Below, piece after piece: positions 41,688 through 54,100 of a DNA stretch of 64,000 nt. The DNA is taken from assembly GCA_026770705.1 (NCBI GenBank), contig JANJGN010000008.1, positions 173,104,001-173,168,000 of the forward strand, read 5' to 3'. Both the position numbers and the translations under genes were made by a program. The notes beneath the pieces are model-generated. The model was not told the DNA's origin, made no database searches, and saw only the letters and a program-made list of their open reading frames with translations. This stretch comes from Isurus oxyrinchus. Lineage: Eukaryota. Position 1 is the first letter of the stretch. Each line of letters begins with the position of its first letter.

Positions 41688-41870
41688 CTTTAACAGATAT
41701 TTATCTAGGATTTCTAAGCCACAGCTGGCACAGATGTTTTTGTCGGCAGAGGTGATGGAGTAAGAGGATGAAGGCGGAGATGAAATAGAGGGAGTAGATG
41801 GAGGACTGGGGGAAGATCGGATCTCATCCTTCTCCACGTTAGTTCCCAACGTGTCCCCATCAGAGTGAGA
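41688..41870 (-). CDS. LHX6: LHX6 coding exon 3 (Ser/Pro-rich region and start of LIM1, ...KNICASCGLEILDKYLLK)
   Basis: ttttccacag|TCT ... AAG|gtgagt; 183 nt; PSTPS.SPPS and KNIC..CGLEILD motifs of LHX6. Confidence 0.97.
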
Positions 41871-43435
41871 CTGTGGAAAAGGACAATAGGGGGGAAAAAT
41901 ATGAATCCATTTCATCCAACTGCATATCTCTGAAAAGTATTAAATGCGTTCTAGAGTCCTTAAACGAGTTTGTTTTTTTTTTAAAAAAAACACTGCCTCC
42001 CCCGCTTAAATTTCCTTAATTTGAAAAACGATTAATGTCTGTTGCCATCAACAATTTGCAGGCAGCATTAGTTCCAAAGTTAGGCCGAATGTCAGACTGG
42101 GTTGCATTTTTTTTAAAAAAAAAGATTTTCAAACGAACTTTTCACATTAAGAAATACATTTACCAGATAAATGCAGGTGATCTGCCGGTTTCCAGACAAA
42201 TAAATCATTATCCAATACACGTATTTCACGTATTTCAGACTCAACCAGCCGCACATCTCTCTGAGCAAGGCTTGAGATTATTTGTATACAATGTCGGCTT
42301 TTATAGACTAGTCGCACCAGAGTTGATTATAACACAGAAAACGCGCCCGTCAAAAATTATTGGTGATCAATTTCGGATTTTGTTGACCCTCGTTTGAAAA
42401 TGGCGCTCGGGAGAATTCATGCATTTTCCCCCCAATTTCCAACTCGATCAGCGTGCGGGGCACTGGACCCACACTTCACCTGTCCAGAAACCAATACAGT
42501 TTTCTCGCTACGCCGTCTGTGCTTTCTATCGACGGGTTCGGAGTTTGCCCACATGTTACAGTTAAGCACCGTGCAATATTTAGCTAAATACCCGGCAAAT
42601 GCGAAGGTTTGAGTCTGGTCACTTTTTTTAAAAAAACCCTATTTTATGCATCACTATGTAACACTACAGGCTAATCAGTTTGGTTTTGCACTGGGGATTT
42701 CGAAGGGAAACGCATTCTTTGACACGGGTTGTTACAAGGGATCTAAATATTATGAGTTTAGCCAACAATGTGCACTCCATCGTGACAGCTGCGTTGACTG
42801 GTACATAGTTTGATCCCTGTCATTTTAAAAATACAGATATATCATGGCTCCTGTATTATACAGCGATATAGCTGGAGCGCTCTAACAGTTAATAATTATC
42901 ATCCGCGTATGTAACCTCTTTGTCCTATAAAATCTAGCACACACGGAGAGGGCTCAAATCCAATGGATTATCTTTACATGACACCTATTTTCAGGTAAAT
43001 TTCAGCATATCATTAAAAATGTCAATTCCATGCGGGGAAAATACAGTTCAGCTTTAAGAGCCCAAATTAAGTAAGAGCGTTCTTAACGTTAAAATAGTTT
43101 CCCTCCTTGGCAGCTGCAGACAGTTGTATGAAATACACGAGAACACACACACACACAAAAGCCACGCCGCTAACATTTTGCCTGTTATTCACCATCACTT
43201 TTTTGTTTGCAAACTTTTGATTGTTTGACCGTGGCGGCCCGGCTTGTAAAATCGCCGATTGTTTAATCTCTGACATTGACACAAACAATCCAAGTGGGAT
43301 CCTATAACCTCAAATGGATTTAGGATTTACCACGGGGGGAAAAAAAATAATCAAACCCGTAGCTGCATCGTCAGCCTGGAGCGAATGAAACAAGTTCTGA
43401 CTAATCATGTTCATCTTAAATGTTCTCATACTTAC

Positions 43436-43507
43436 CATGATCTGAGAAATGTTGTTTTCCACACAGCGCGAGGTGCCTTGTTTATGCTGACTGTCCTGTG
43501 ACATTAC
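43436..43507 (-). CDS. LHX6: LHX6 coding exon 2 (VMSQDSQHKQGTSRCVENNISQIM)
   Basis: ttcttaaag|GTAATG ... ATG|gtaagt; 72 nt; resembles mammalian [24 protein letters not shown]. Confidence 0.9.
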
Positions 43508-43584
43508 CTTTAAGAAAAATTTGAACCACAAACATGAATGCAATGCTTGCTGCAGCAGCCTTATAAAGGTATTTAAAAGAACTG

Positions 43585-43860
43585 GACGTTTATATATATG
43601 AGCCTAAAATAATAAATAATATTTTTTCTAGTGGGCATTTAAATCTATGCAACAATACGGCATTTAATGAAGCAATTTTAATTTTGATTCGATCTTTTCT
43701 CCACTTAACCCTGAGCTCTTGAAGTAATCGCTCACTTTCTGTGCAATCCAAGGCAGAGAAATAAACTACCTGCAATTAGAAACTGGATGAAATCCGGAAG
43801 ATAAGTGCTAACCAGGGTGTCAATTACAGCTGTCAATCAATAAGGCATCCGGGCACCACA
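43585..43860 (-). promoter_or_regulatory. Intron-1 regulatory module / candidate alternative promoter with NKX2-type, PBX-MEIS and TATA motifs
   Basis: GCTCTTGAAGTA 43715-43726, CCACTTAA 43701-43708, TGATTGACAG (minus) 43830-43839, TATATAAA (minus) near 43589-43596. Confidence 0.65.
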
Positions 43861-44834
43861 GAATTGGAAATTTGATTTCCTAAATGGCAGTAATTAAAAA
43901 TCTAATATTTTTGAACGAACGACTGGGGAATGAGAGTGTGAAGTGGTCAGCCTGAAAGCTTTTTTTCTATTCAGAAGACCTCTCACCCACCCCCCACCCC
44001 CACCCCCCCCCCCCCCTCCTTTAAATTTCAGATCGAGATTTACAATTGCAAATGCCTCATTTTTAACCAGCTGATGGTGAGAAGGAAGGTAGTAATTTTT
44101 GGATCTATAGTGCTGAGTTCAATGGAAACAAGGCACGTTTTCGATTATTAGTTGCATTTTAAGGAGACGGTACAACTTGCACTAGATCTGGGAGTGTGCA
44201 GTCATATCTAAGAGGTTTTTTTTGGCGCACAGTTTCTTGACATTGCATCATACATTTTACAATCCGTTTTGTTTCCAATGCTCTTAAAAGCAATAAGTAC
44301 TTGTTTGAATATATTCTTCAAACTTACATGGTTATGGGCGCTACTGAAACCGAAACAGTTGGCTTGAAACGTATACAGGCATAACACCACAGTGCAATAT
44401 TCTGCCGGGTCTTTCACTCCCCAATTCTCACTGACATTACTACAGCCCATTTATTATTATACATCCATCACCCCCAACCCCCATACTCTGAAGGTTTATT
44501 TTGGAAAAGCGATCGATTTTCAATTCATTCCTGTGTTTGAGGCGTTCATTCTCCCAGTTCGCCTTGAATATTTGAAAACCCTTTTCCTCCCCTGTAATAA
44601 ATCCCGCGGTAAACTACAGAGAGATACTTGGACATACTTAGCCTTAGCCCTCGTTTAAACGATTTCTAAGCCATTCAGAAAGAGGTTTTGCAGCCGGCTT
44701 CTTTCCTATATGCAAAATGCTCCAAGGGCTGATCAGAAAGTTAGTGAAAACTCGTAATTAACTTACACGCATAGCTGTCCAAACATTTCTCGCTCTGTCT
44801 TTCTCCCTCCCCTGTAAAAGCCAAGTGTTTTTAC

Positions 44835-44912
44835 CTTTTCGGCGGGGATTCCTTCAGATAGAACCTTGTTCCCCTCTGGCAGAGGAGCCAGAGTTTCACT
44901 TTTCCAGTACAT
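44835..44912 (-). CDS. LHX6: LHX6 coding exon 1 (MYWKSETLAPLPEGNKVLSEGIPAEK)
   Basis: ATG at 44912-44910; MYWK..LPEG N-terminus typical of the long LHX6 isoform; donor AAG|gtaaaa, phase 0, 78 nt. Confidence 0.93.
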
Positions 44913-45267
44913 GGGGATGGTCGAGTCTTGAAGGAACTGGTTCCGCAACACCCAGGAAACTGCTCGGGAGCTCTCTCTCTCTCTCTCTCAGTGCCGATCA
45001 GAAGGTTCCCTCCTTTTCTGCTCCCGCTCACTCTCCCCTTGGCCCTTCGCGAGGTAAACGTGTAAAATCCATCGGTGGACAGTTCCAGAGTCAGCCGGTG
45101 TGTTGGGCGAGCACCGCACGGTGAGACAGCATCAGCACTGATCGGGGGCGGACCAGAAAATCCTGTCTGCGCGGAGGTATGAAGGGGCATTCATTGTGAT
45201 TACGTTGCGAATCTGGACATCAACGCAGCGCCTGCGATTTCTTAGCCGTTCAGAGAGAGAGGAGAAA

Positions 45268-45301
<34 letters not shown>

Positions 45302-45400
45302 GCACAATTTGGTTCCAAGTTTCAGATCCCTCGGCTTTCACAGGTCTGATCGCAGACAACCGGGTTTTTTTTTCCAAGAGCTAAATGTTTACTGGACTTG
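44913..45400 (-). promoter_or_regulatory. LHX6 5'UTR / proximal promoter, CpG-rich
   Basis: Immediately upstream of the ATG; many CpGs, GC box GGGGCGG near 45145-45151, (CT)n near 44971-44989, (CA)n near 45268-45300. TSS position is inferred. Confidence 0.7.
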
Positions 45401-47785
45401 AGTGAAAAAAAAAACCTTCCTTCCACTTTTCCGTTTGGAGTGAAGTTGCTGGAAGCCAGGAAGTGAAGTGACTCGATCATACAGGGCAGGTCTGCTCTGT
45501 CAGCTTCTAGAGAAAGTCCATGTGGAGTGCGAGAGGTTCAGGGATCTGTTTAATCTAACTGTGTAATCAGGATTGACCGGAGGGAATGAGAGAGAGAGAG
45601 TTCACCTTCTCTCACTCGCTTTAACTACAGTGAGTTCCAACTTCAGCCAGAAGCGCCCATAGAGTTTATCTTGAGGTTAGCGGGGGGTAGAGATCTGTGT
45701 CTCTGTTTTCCAATAGACGCTTATTGAAATATGCAATTAAATTCCTACCGCAGTTTATTTTTTAATTGTGGAAATGCACCGTGGCCCCCTACATTTTAGT
45801 GACCCATCTCCGAACTGAAACCAAATAAACAGCTGGTTTGTTCAAATCTGACCTGGGGATTAACAACCCAGTGTCCTTTGGCGGAATATGCAATTGAGGG
45901 AGTTGGGGAGTGTTATTGCACTTGCTATGTGAGCACATGTCTGTAAATGAATGAAATGTACACACTCTGGTTGACTGGAAATGTATAGGTGAGGTGATTA
46001 CATTATGCATGTGATTAAACCTATCAGCCCATGCCTGGACTGGTACAGTAATCTGTGCACATGACACTTGCTGTTATTTGCTCTTCACTCCACCCCTAAA
46101 ACGCAATCCAGACCGATGTTTTTATGCGAATTGTTCGCTCGATTTTCTCCCAGCTCAAACTTCATCCGATATGTGACAGTTCTTTAGTATAAAGCCTTAT
46201 GTTTAGCAAATAGATCTCATCTCTTATACCTGTGTTTCCTTACGTGGCTCTGACACTAATGTTAAATTAGAAATGCGTTAAGTGGAACATTATCGATGAA
46301 TTTGTATCGAGATAACTGTGATATAAAGGCCAATGTTTAGCTAACTATGTGAATGTGCATATGTCTAAGCCACCTATCAACAGGGGTTAATTATAGCTTC
46401 TAGTCTAAGGAGTGAAAGTGCTTGAAATGTAGAATAGCTGGAGGTTACATGATGAGTGCTGGGGTCCGCACTATTTCTAATTTCAATTTCACTTTTAGGG
46501 TTTTCAAAATGGCAGACCCAGGCAAAGACCTGAAAGTATTTTACACGAAGGCAGGTTCAGGAAGCCTGGGTGTCTATAATAACGCACTGGCTGCATAAAC
46601 AAATTCCTCCCTGTTATAAGTGGTGGAGCAGGACTTTATCCCAATCGAAAATGGGACGGCAAAACTGATTTGTACCTGACCCGCTCCCTCCCAGAGACAC
46701 TGCAGCAACAGAATGTCTGTCGTGGCTTGTGTGTGTGAATTTCACTGTGCTCAGTCGCGGAATGCAGACTCCCTTTAAACAATCTGACATCCCCGATGAG
46801 GTCAGTTATCGCTTGGCATCCATTCCCCCCCTCACCTCACTATATTCTAGCCCACACTTGCATTATTTTGGTAGCGTTAAGGACGAAGCTCCGGACGGCA
46901 ATTTTGCGTTTGGTGTAGTAACAACGCATTTTACCAGTTCCTATGTCAGGAAATTTTTGGCTGCAGCGTTTCTAAAAGCAACATGGTCTTTAAAGACGGT
47001 GCTAATTCCCTATTCCGCTGGATGCTCCCCCCCCCCCCCCCCCCCCCCTTTGGAAAGTACAAATCAAATTAATTTTCCGCTTTTCGAAAGGAAAATAATT
47101 CAGTTGTCCAATTCACACACTTCGAATTTATTCGGTGAAACAAACTATCTTAGAGAATCGTGGACACGTTTGGAGAATTAGTTTGTCCTGAGACAGAAGA
47201 CTGAGGTTATCAGTTTAACAACCAGGGGCAGGTAGCCAGTTACAGAGAAGCCACATGAAACAAATCATTCACAACTCTCAACAAGCAACAGTTTCTATCC
47301 ACCTCGCCGGCGAATGAAACTGGAGCTGTCTCAATGGAAAAGTGGCAGTCGAATGGAGTGAGATGGTAAGCGAGTGCTCAGATGTTAGGATAAGTCTGCA
47401 GCTCTGCGGAAAATGTGGCCAAAATGACAGAAAAAAATACAAAAGCGAAAGGTATATATTTTTTATTTTAAAAAAGGAACAATCTCTCCCCTCACGGATC
47501 AGTTTGGCTGACGGCGGAGAGTCGGGTGTGAGTGAGTTCACTGTGGGGCATTTTACCTGATTGATTCGCAGGGACAGTATTTCTCTGCTTAACTCTGCCA
47601 TTTCTGGGTGAAATACTAACTTTCTGTTTGAAATACTAACCAAAGCGCTTAAAGGCAACCTGGTGAACAAGTAGGTAATTTAAAAAGAGGCCCAAAGCCT
47701 CAACTACTGATTTGTGTGCGTAGTTGCTGCAGACCGAGAAGCTGGGTCCTAGCTTCCTCCCGTGCTCCAGCCGCGTTAGTTACCA

Positions 47786-49490
47786 AAAAGACTTGCATTC
47801 ATGTAGGGCCTTTCCCGTCTCCAGGACGTCACAAGCGCTTTACAACCCAGAAAGTATTTATTTTGCAGTTGTTGTCATGAAGGAGCGTGGCAGCCTATGT
47901 GCGCACAGCAAGCTCCCAGAAACAGCATTATGTTCATGGCCAGAGGATCTGGTTTTGTGATTTTGAGTGAAAAATAAATATTGGCCAGGACACCAGGGGT
48001 AGATCCTTGGATCTTCTTCAACATAGTGACATGGGGTCTTTTTCACCTGGGAGGATAGACAAAGCCTCAGTTTAATATCTGTTGGAAAAATAGTGCAACT
48101 TCCAACAATGCTGCACTCCCTCAGTACTGAATTGCAGTATCATCCTGACAATACCGCACCCCCTCAGTATTGAACTGGAGTAACAGTACAATAATGCAGC
48201 GCTACCTCAGTACTGAACTGGAGCAACAGCCCAGCAATGCTGCACTGCCTCAGTACTGAACTGGAGTATCAGCCCAACAATGCTGTACCATCTCAGTACT
48301 GAAATGGAGTATCAGACCAACAATGCTGCACTCCCTCAGCAATGAACTGGAGTATCAGACCAAAAATGCAGCACCATCTCAGTACTGAACTGAAGTATTA
48401 GTCCAACAATGCAGCACTCCCTCAGTACTGAACTGGAGTATCAACCCAACAATGCTGCACTCCCTCAGTACTGAACTGGAGTATCAAACCAACAATGCTG
48501 CACTCCCTCAGTACTGAACTGGAAAATTAGTCCAACAATGCAGCACTCCCTCAGTACTGAACTGGAGTATCAACCCAACAATGCTGCACTCCCTCAGTAC
48601 TGAACTGGAGAATTAGTCCAACAATGCAGCACTCCCTCAGTACTGAACTGGAGTATTAGTCCAACAATGCAGCACTCCCTCAGTACTGAACTGGAGTATT
48701 AGTCCAACAATGCAGCACTCCCTCAGTACTGAACTGGAGTATTAGTCCAACAATGCAGCACTCCCTCAGTACTGAACTGGAATATCAGCCCAACAATGCT
48801 GCACTCCCTCAGTACTGAACTGGAATAAAAGTACAATAATGCAGCGCTACCTCAGTATTGAACTGGAGTATCAGCCCAACAATGCTGCACTCCCTCAGTA
48901 CTGAACTGGAATAACAGTACAATAATGCAGCGCTACCTCAGTACTGAACTGGAGCGTCAGCCCAGCAATGCTGCACTGCCAGTACTGAATTGGAGTAACA
49001 GTACAATAATACAGCACTACCTCAGTACTGAACTGGAGTATCAGACCAAAAATGCAGCACCAAATCAGTACTGAACTGAAGTATCAACCCAATAATGCAA
49101 GACTTTCTCAGTATTGAACTGGAGCATCAGCCCAACAATGGAGCACTCCCTCAGTACTGAACTGGAGTATCAGCCCAACAATGCTGCACTCCCTCAGTAC
49201 TGAACTGGAGTATCAGCCCAACAATGCTGCACTGCCTCAGTACTGAACTGCAGTATCATCCTGACAATACAACACTCCCTCAGTACTGAACTGGAATAAC
49301 AGTACAATAATGCAGCGCTACCTCAGCATTGAACTGGAGCATCAGCCCAGCAATGCTGCACTCCCTCAGTACTGAACTGGAGTGTCAGCCTTGAATTTTG
49401 TGCTCCGGTTTTGGAGTTTGGGGCTTGAATGCACAACTGTCCGCCTCTAGGGCGAGGGTGCTCTGCCAACAGCCACGGCTGACACTCAAG
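47786..49490 (-). mobile_element. Deu-domain SINE with internal tandem expansion
   Basis: Tail and Deu domain at 47786-48100 (aaatattggccaggacacc...tcttcttcaacatagtg..catggg), tRNA head at 49390-49490, array in between. Confidence 0.85.
48103..49390. repeat. 43-bp minisatellite, about 30 copies (CCAACAATGC[A/T]GCACTCCCTCAGTACTGAACTGGAGTAT[C/T]AG[C/T])
   Basis: Directly visible; consecutive units start at 48661 and 48704. Confidence 0.97.
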
Positions 49491-51149
49491 CAGATAGATC
49501 TGGTCAGTAGGAGTCCCTGCAAGTTCCCCTGTGCTAGGAAGGGGGGGAATCAGTCAGCATTGGCACACCGCTGCCGGGCTGGCATTGTTGTATGGATAGG
49601 ATCTACCCGAGCATCCCGGCTCTGTATTTACTGACCAGCTCACAAAGGTATTAGGGGCATTCGGAAGGGCACTGGTGCTTTGGTGAACTGCACCCCAGCA
49701 AAGGAGCTGAAATCTCCTGAGTGAAAAAGGAGCGGAGACTCATTTCACTGAAGCTCAAGTGATGTAAAAAAAAAACCCCTTAAAATTGGCCATTGAACCG
49801 TTTCAGTCCCAACAGAGCAGCTCCTGGCATTAGTTTGCCGAGAGAAGTGACTGACGGTGTCTGCTGGCCGGATATCCTACGGAGTAGGTTTGAGCCTCTA
49901 GGTGCCTACAATGGAGCTCAATAAATATTAACAATAAGCAGCAGTATATCAGTGTTACTAAGTACAGTTGACATGATGACTCGGCAATAAGCCAGCGCAA
50001 GTACACCAGCACGCGAACACCGGCCCGCAAATATTTCAACTTTTCGGTAAGAAGCTTCTCTGGCGACATCGCGACCCCCCCGCCCCCCCAAAGTCTCCCT
50101 GCAACTCCAGACAATGATTACAAAGTGGCATTCTGAGGTTGTACGTTTGGTACGGCAAATGGACTTGTGAACACTGGTTCCTAATCTATCACAGTGCTGT
50201 TGGTCCGGAATCGGTATGGAGCACAGCACGGCTGGGGGCAGACTCACACAGAGCCAGCAACTGCGCTGAGTTTGGAGGTAATAGCTATGTGTGAGCGCCA
50301 AGTTACTCGCTTTAGGAACAGGATGACCAATTTGAACTCACCCATTTACCAATGGCCACAAGTCAAAATCATCGTTACCCATTTAATGAGGGGTTGTTGT
50401 GAACTTTAGATATACTGTAGTGACTTTTTTTAAAGGTGTTAGGACCTTATTCAGAAAGTGTTATTTTCATCCATGGTGTTGCTCTCTCTCACTTGCTGTC
50501 CGAATTGTTACAACTCCCTCTGTCCAATCGATGCAGTGAATGCATTGACAGTTCGATGCAGCTGTACCCAAACTACTTGGGTGTTTACGGTATAAGTTAT
50601 GTTCCTGAGATTGTTCATAGATGCGAAACACATTATTCAATTTAAAAAGCTGGGAATTGCTTTTAATCCCTAAGCAAAACAGGGGCTTTCTTTGCATTAG
50701 CATATTTACATGCTGCAAAGCACAATTTATCACTGGTTCATCGGTAACCCGTCTTAAATCTGTGTTGAGTGCTTTATATTACAGTGTTTAGTTGCTGTAT
50801 GAAATGAGATTGTATAAACCATATAAAACGTATGTAACCAGACCAGAATAAAGATGGTGATGATTATAGCAATGTTTCCTCCCATTCACCGCATATTCAG
50901 TAGTATATTTTCCACCTGTAGTATTTTCCAGGCCTCACAAAGCACATTCTTAAAAGTGAGATAATTAGCTCAATCCTGTTGTATATTTACCCAGGATCTC
51001 TGGAACTGTAGGGATGACATAAATATAACGATTTATGATATTGGTCTCGTGTAGATGTCATTACATCTCTTTTTAAAAAAAAACTGAACATTTCAACTAA
51101 TTAAATTTCAAATTAAAACTAGCCCAGTTTTACGTTACAACTTCCTCCT

Positions 51150-54100
51150 TTAAATTCAAAGTCAGTTTGATTGGTCCGCCTCTTAATTACCTCAGTTTGT
51201 GGTGGTAAATGACTGCAGGATTTGAGTCAGTCCTCCCTCTTTGGGCCCTTCTCTGTATCCTGCATGAGTTAGCTCTCAGCAGTTGTTAGTCATTAGTAAT
51301 ATAGTACTGAAATTTTGCTTCTGTGAACATCCATATCCACTTGGCATCTTGAAGATCAATCAGGACATTCCTTTGTTTTCACAAGTTGCCTGCAATTATG
51401 TTGACACTGTTCCCTAATGCTCTTCATTTTATAGGTCCAGGAACAACCTACCAGATAGATGCTGCTTTTCCCACTGATTATTCCTCTGTTGATCACGGTT
51501 ACATTTTCTTCATTTTGCTTTTGTTAATGTTCTTTCCCTCTTTTGTAATCCCTTCTTACTTCTTTCAAGCCTTCGAAAACACCTTCCATAATTCTTGGCT
51601 TGGAAAGGGAAATAACATTTTGGTTCTTTGTTCCATTAGTGTTTGCACTGGAGAAGGGCCAAGCCCTTCAGTTGGAGTGTTTCTCCAGTCTATCAGGGGT
51701 AAGCAAGGACCTTTATCAGCCTTAGCTTTTTTCATCAATCTTTTGATTGTTTGAACGGCATTCTCCACTCTACTGTTAGACAATGCGTAATTTAAAAATA
51801 TTGTCATATGCATAAAGCCCGAATCTATTGATTTTAAACTGCAAGTTTGAAATCAAAAATCCATTGCCACTCCACACTATGGAACCAAAATTCTTCTGTG
51901 CACTATTTTAACAAACTAATTAACTTGTTTACATCAAATTTCTGTGTGTACTATTTCAACAAAGACTTTAATGTAGTTAAATAAATATGCTAAACTCTAT
52001 CTGGTATGCCAGAAGACGTAAAATATGATTTAAGACTTGCAATAACAAAACCTAGTGTTTCGTTGTAAGTTAACCACAAAATACTTTGCATTGTAGTTTA
52101 TTTGCAATTACATTTTTTTTCTATTTGGGATGAATTCAGCTACAGCTTCATTTGACAAAAACCTGTATGGGATATTATGAGACACCAAATGTTCTTCAGT
52201 CTGTGAGTTGTAATATGGATTAAAATTGCCACATGAAGCAATGTGGACTTAATTTCAGCATTCACGCTACACCAGCATACAACATATTTCTGGCATTGTA
52301 CAGACATTCTCTAATTCCAATATTGGCTGGAGTGGATTACCCACTTCTCACTAAGAAACTTGATTTCCTTGGAACAAGATTTCTTTTGATCAGGCTGGAC
52401 AGGTTAAAAAATAGTCACATCCTTTAATCTCATAAAAACCATTATTTTTGCACTTGGTCGTCCATTTAAAATTACATCTTTACATTTTTCTAGAGTTTAC
52501 GTTTTTGAGTTTTCAGCATAATTTCTGTGAGTCACTATTCCAAGATGGAAAACAATGCAATGGTATTGGTGTTTCTCATCTATTCAATTAATTTCTCTTC
52601 AGGAGCACTTCATGATCACCATCTTTATTTGTCCAGGCAATTAAACTCTACTGAAAGTATCAGCAATGCACACATATGTTCCTTGTTTGTACTATAATTT
52701 CAACATGTACTTCTGCAAACATTCCTTGTAATTTGGATGCTGAAAGGTGTGATTTCTTTCAATATTTTTAAAGAGCTTTTCTCAGCCTCTATCAAAATGT
52801 TTCTTCCATCACATATTTCTGAGGCCTCCTACAGCCTCACAGGTTGTTTTGACAGGCATCTCTATCTCATTTTCTACAAAACTCACTCCTGGTAAAGGTT
52901 GGAGGTGCATCTTGCTGATTCTCTTGGGATCAACATTGTACCAAGGTCTGATTCCAATGGACCACATTGTAATGGGATCTCTTCCTTCAAATCACAGCAT
53001 CTACAAACTGGATGTTCTGTACTTCGCTTTTTGTCTTCAACTACAAATTGGTCATGGGTTTATATCCAGATCTAATGCATACCATCATACATTACAATGG
53101 TCCAGTTACAGTCAAATGCAGAACAACCTTTGAAAGATAATTCAGCATGTCTACAGGGTGCTGGAATGAATGGACATAACCTGGTTCTAGCAGTTGCAGG
53201 GCAACTTCAACTTTTTTCATGTGGCTTCAACTTACTAATAATGAATAAGTGATCCATATATTTATCCTCAAGCTGCTCTTGTGTGATGCCTCAAACTGAC
53301 TACAGCGAATCTTGTCATGGCCTCCATGGTAGTCATAAGACCAGCTCCTTCTTTGTCTAAAATTTGACTAAAATGTCATTGCAATAACTTTGGATAAAGG
53401 AAAAGGTTTAGGTTAATGTTTACATCTATGACCCTTGACCATAATCATTTCCTTTCTCCACAGATGCTGCCTAATGTGTTTCCAGTGTTTTCTATTTTTA
53501 TTTCAGATTTCCAGAATCATCAATACTTTGATTTTTGTGTTATTGTAGTAACTTTAACTTATCAAGATCCTCATGCATTTTATGCATTTGTTATTCCTCT
53601 GAAGCTAAAGTACACATTCACTCCTACTGTGATGGTTGCCAATAGAATTGCATCTTTGTCTATCTTGATTTATCAGAACACATCAGTGGCATCTATTACA
53701 GACAAAATCTTTCTTAATTGGCTCTTTATTTTGTCTAGGGTGTGCATTACCAGTTTTTATTTCAGTATAATATGTACCTTGTTGACAAACCTGGTTTGAA
53801 GATACATATTCATATTTTTCTTAGTTTGCTGCCATGTGACAGGTATCAGTGTATATCTGTAAAATATAATGCGCAGACAGGAGCTGGACATCGTGAGTAG
53901 TTTATGCATTTTCACATTTGGATATATGCTTATCTCCAATTCCTGGTTCATTTTAATGTGATCAGATAGTTTGAAAAAGCTCGCAGAAGATCCAGTTGGT
54001 GCATGGGAACTTTTGAACTCTATTTCTGCCAGGTTGTGGTCATTGGGAACTTTGAAGTCACCCCTGGGCTTCAGTGCACTATTGAATTACACCAACATTT

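Noticed and set aside
4589-44912. Assignment to LHX8
   Set aside because: The N-terminus, LIM2, linker ([10 protein letters not shown]) and homeodomain (AEQLQ, LADMTG) are LHX6-diagnostic
48103-49390. CRISPR-like array (palindromic repeat with variable intervening bases)
   Set aside because: The variable parts are point variants of one 43-bp unit, not unique spacers; the unit derives from a SINE; eukaryotic context with no cas genes
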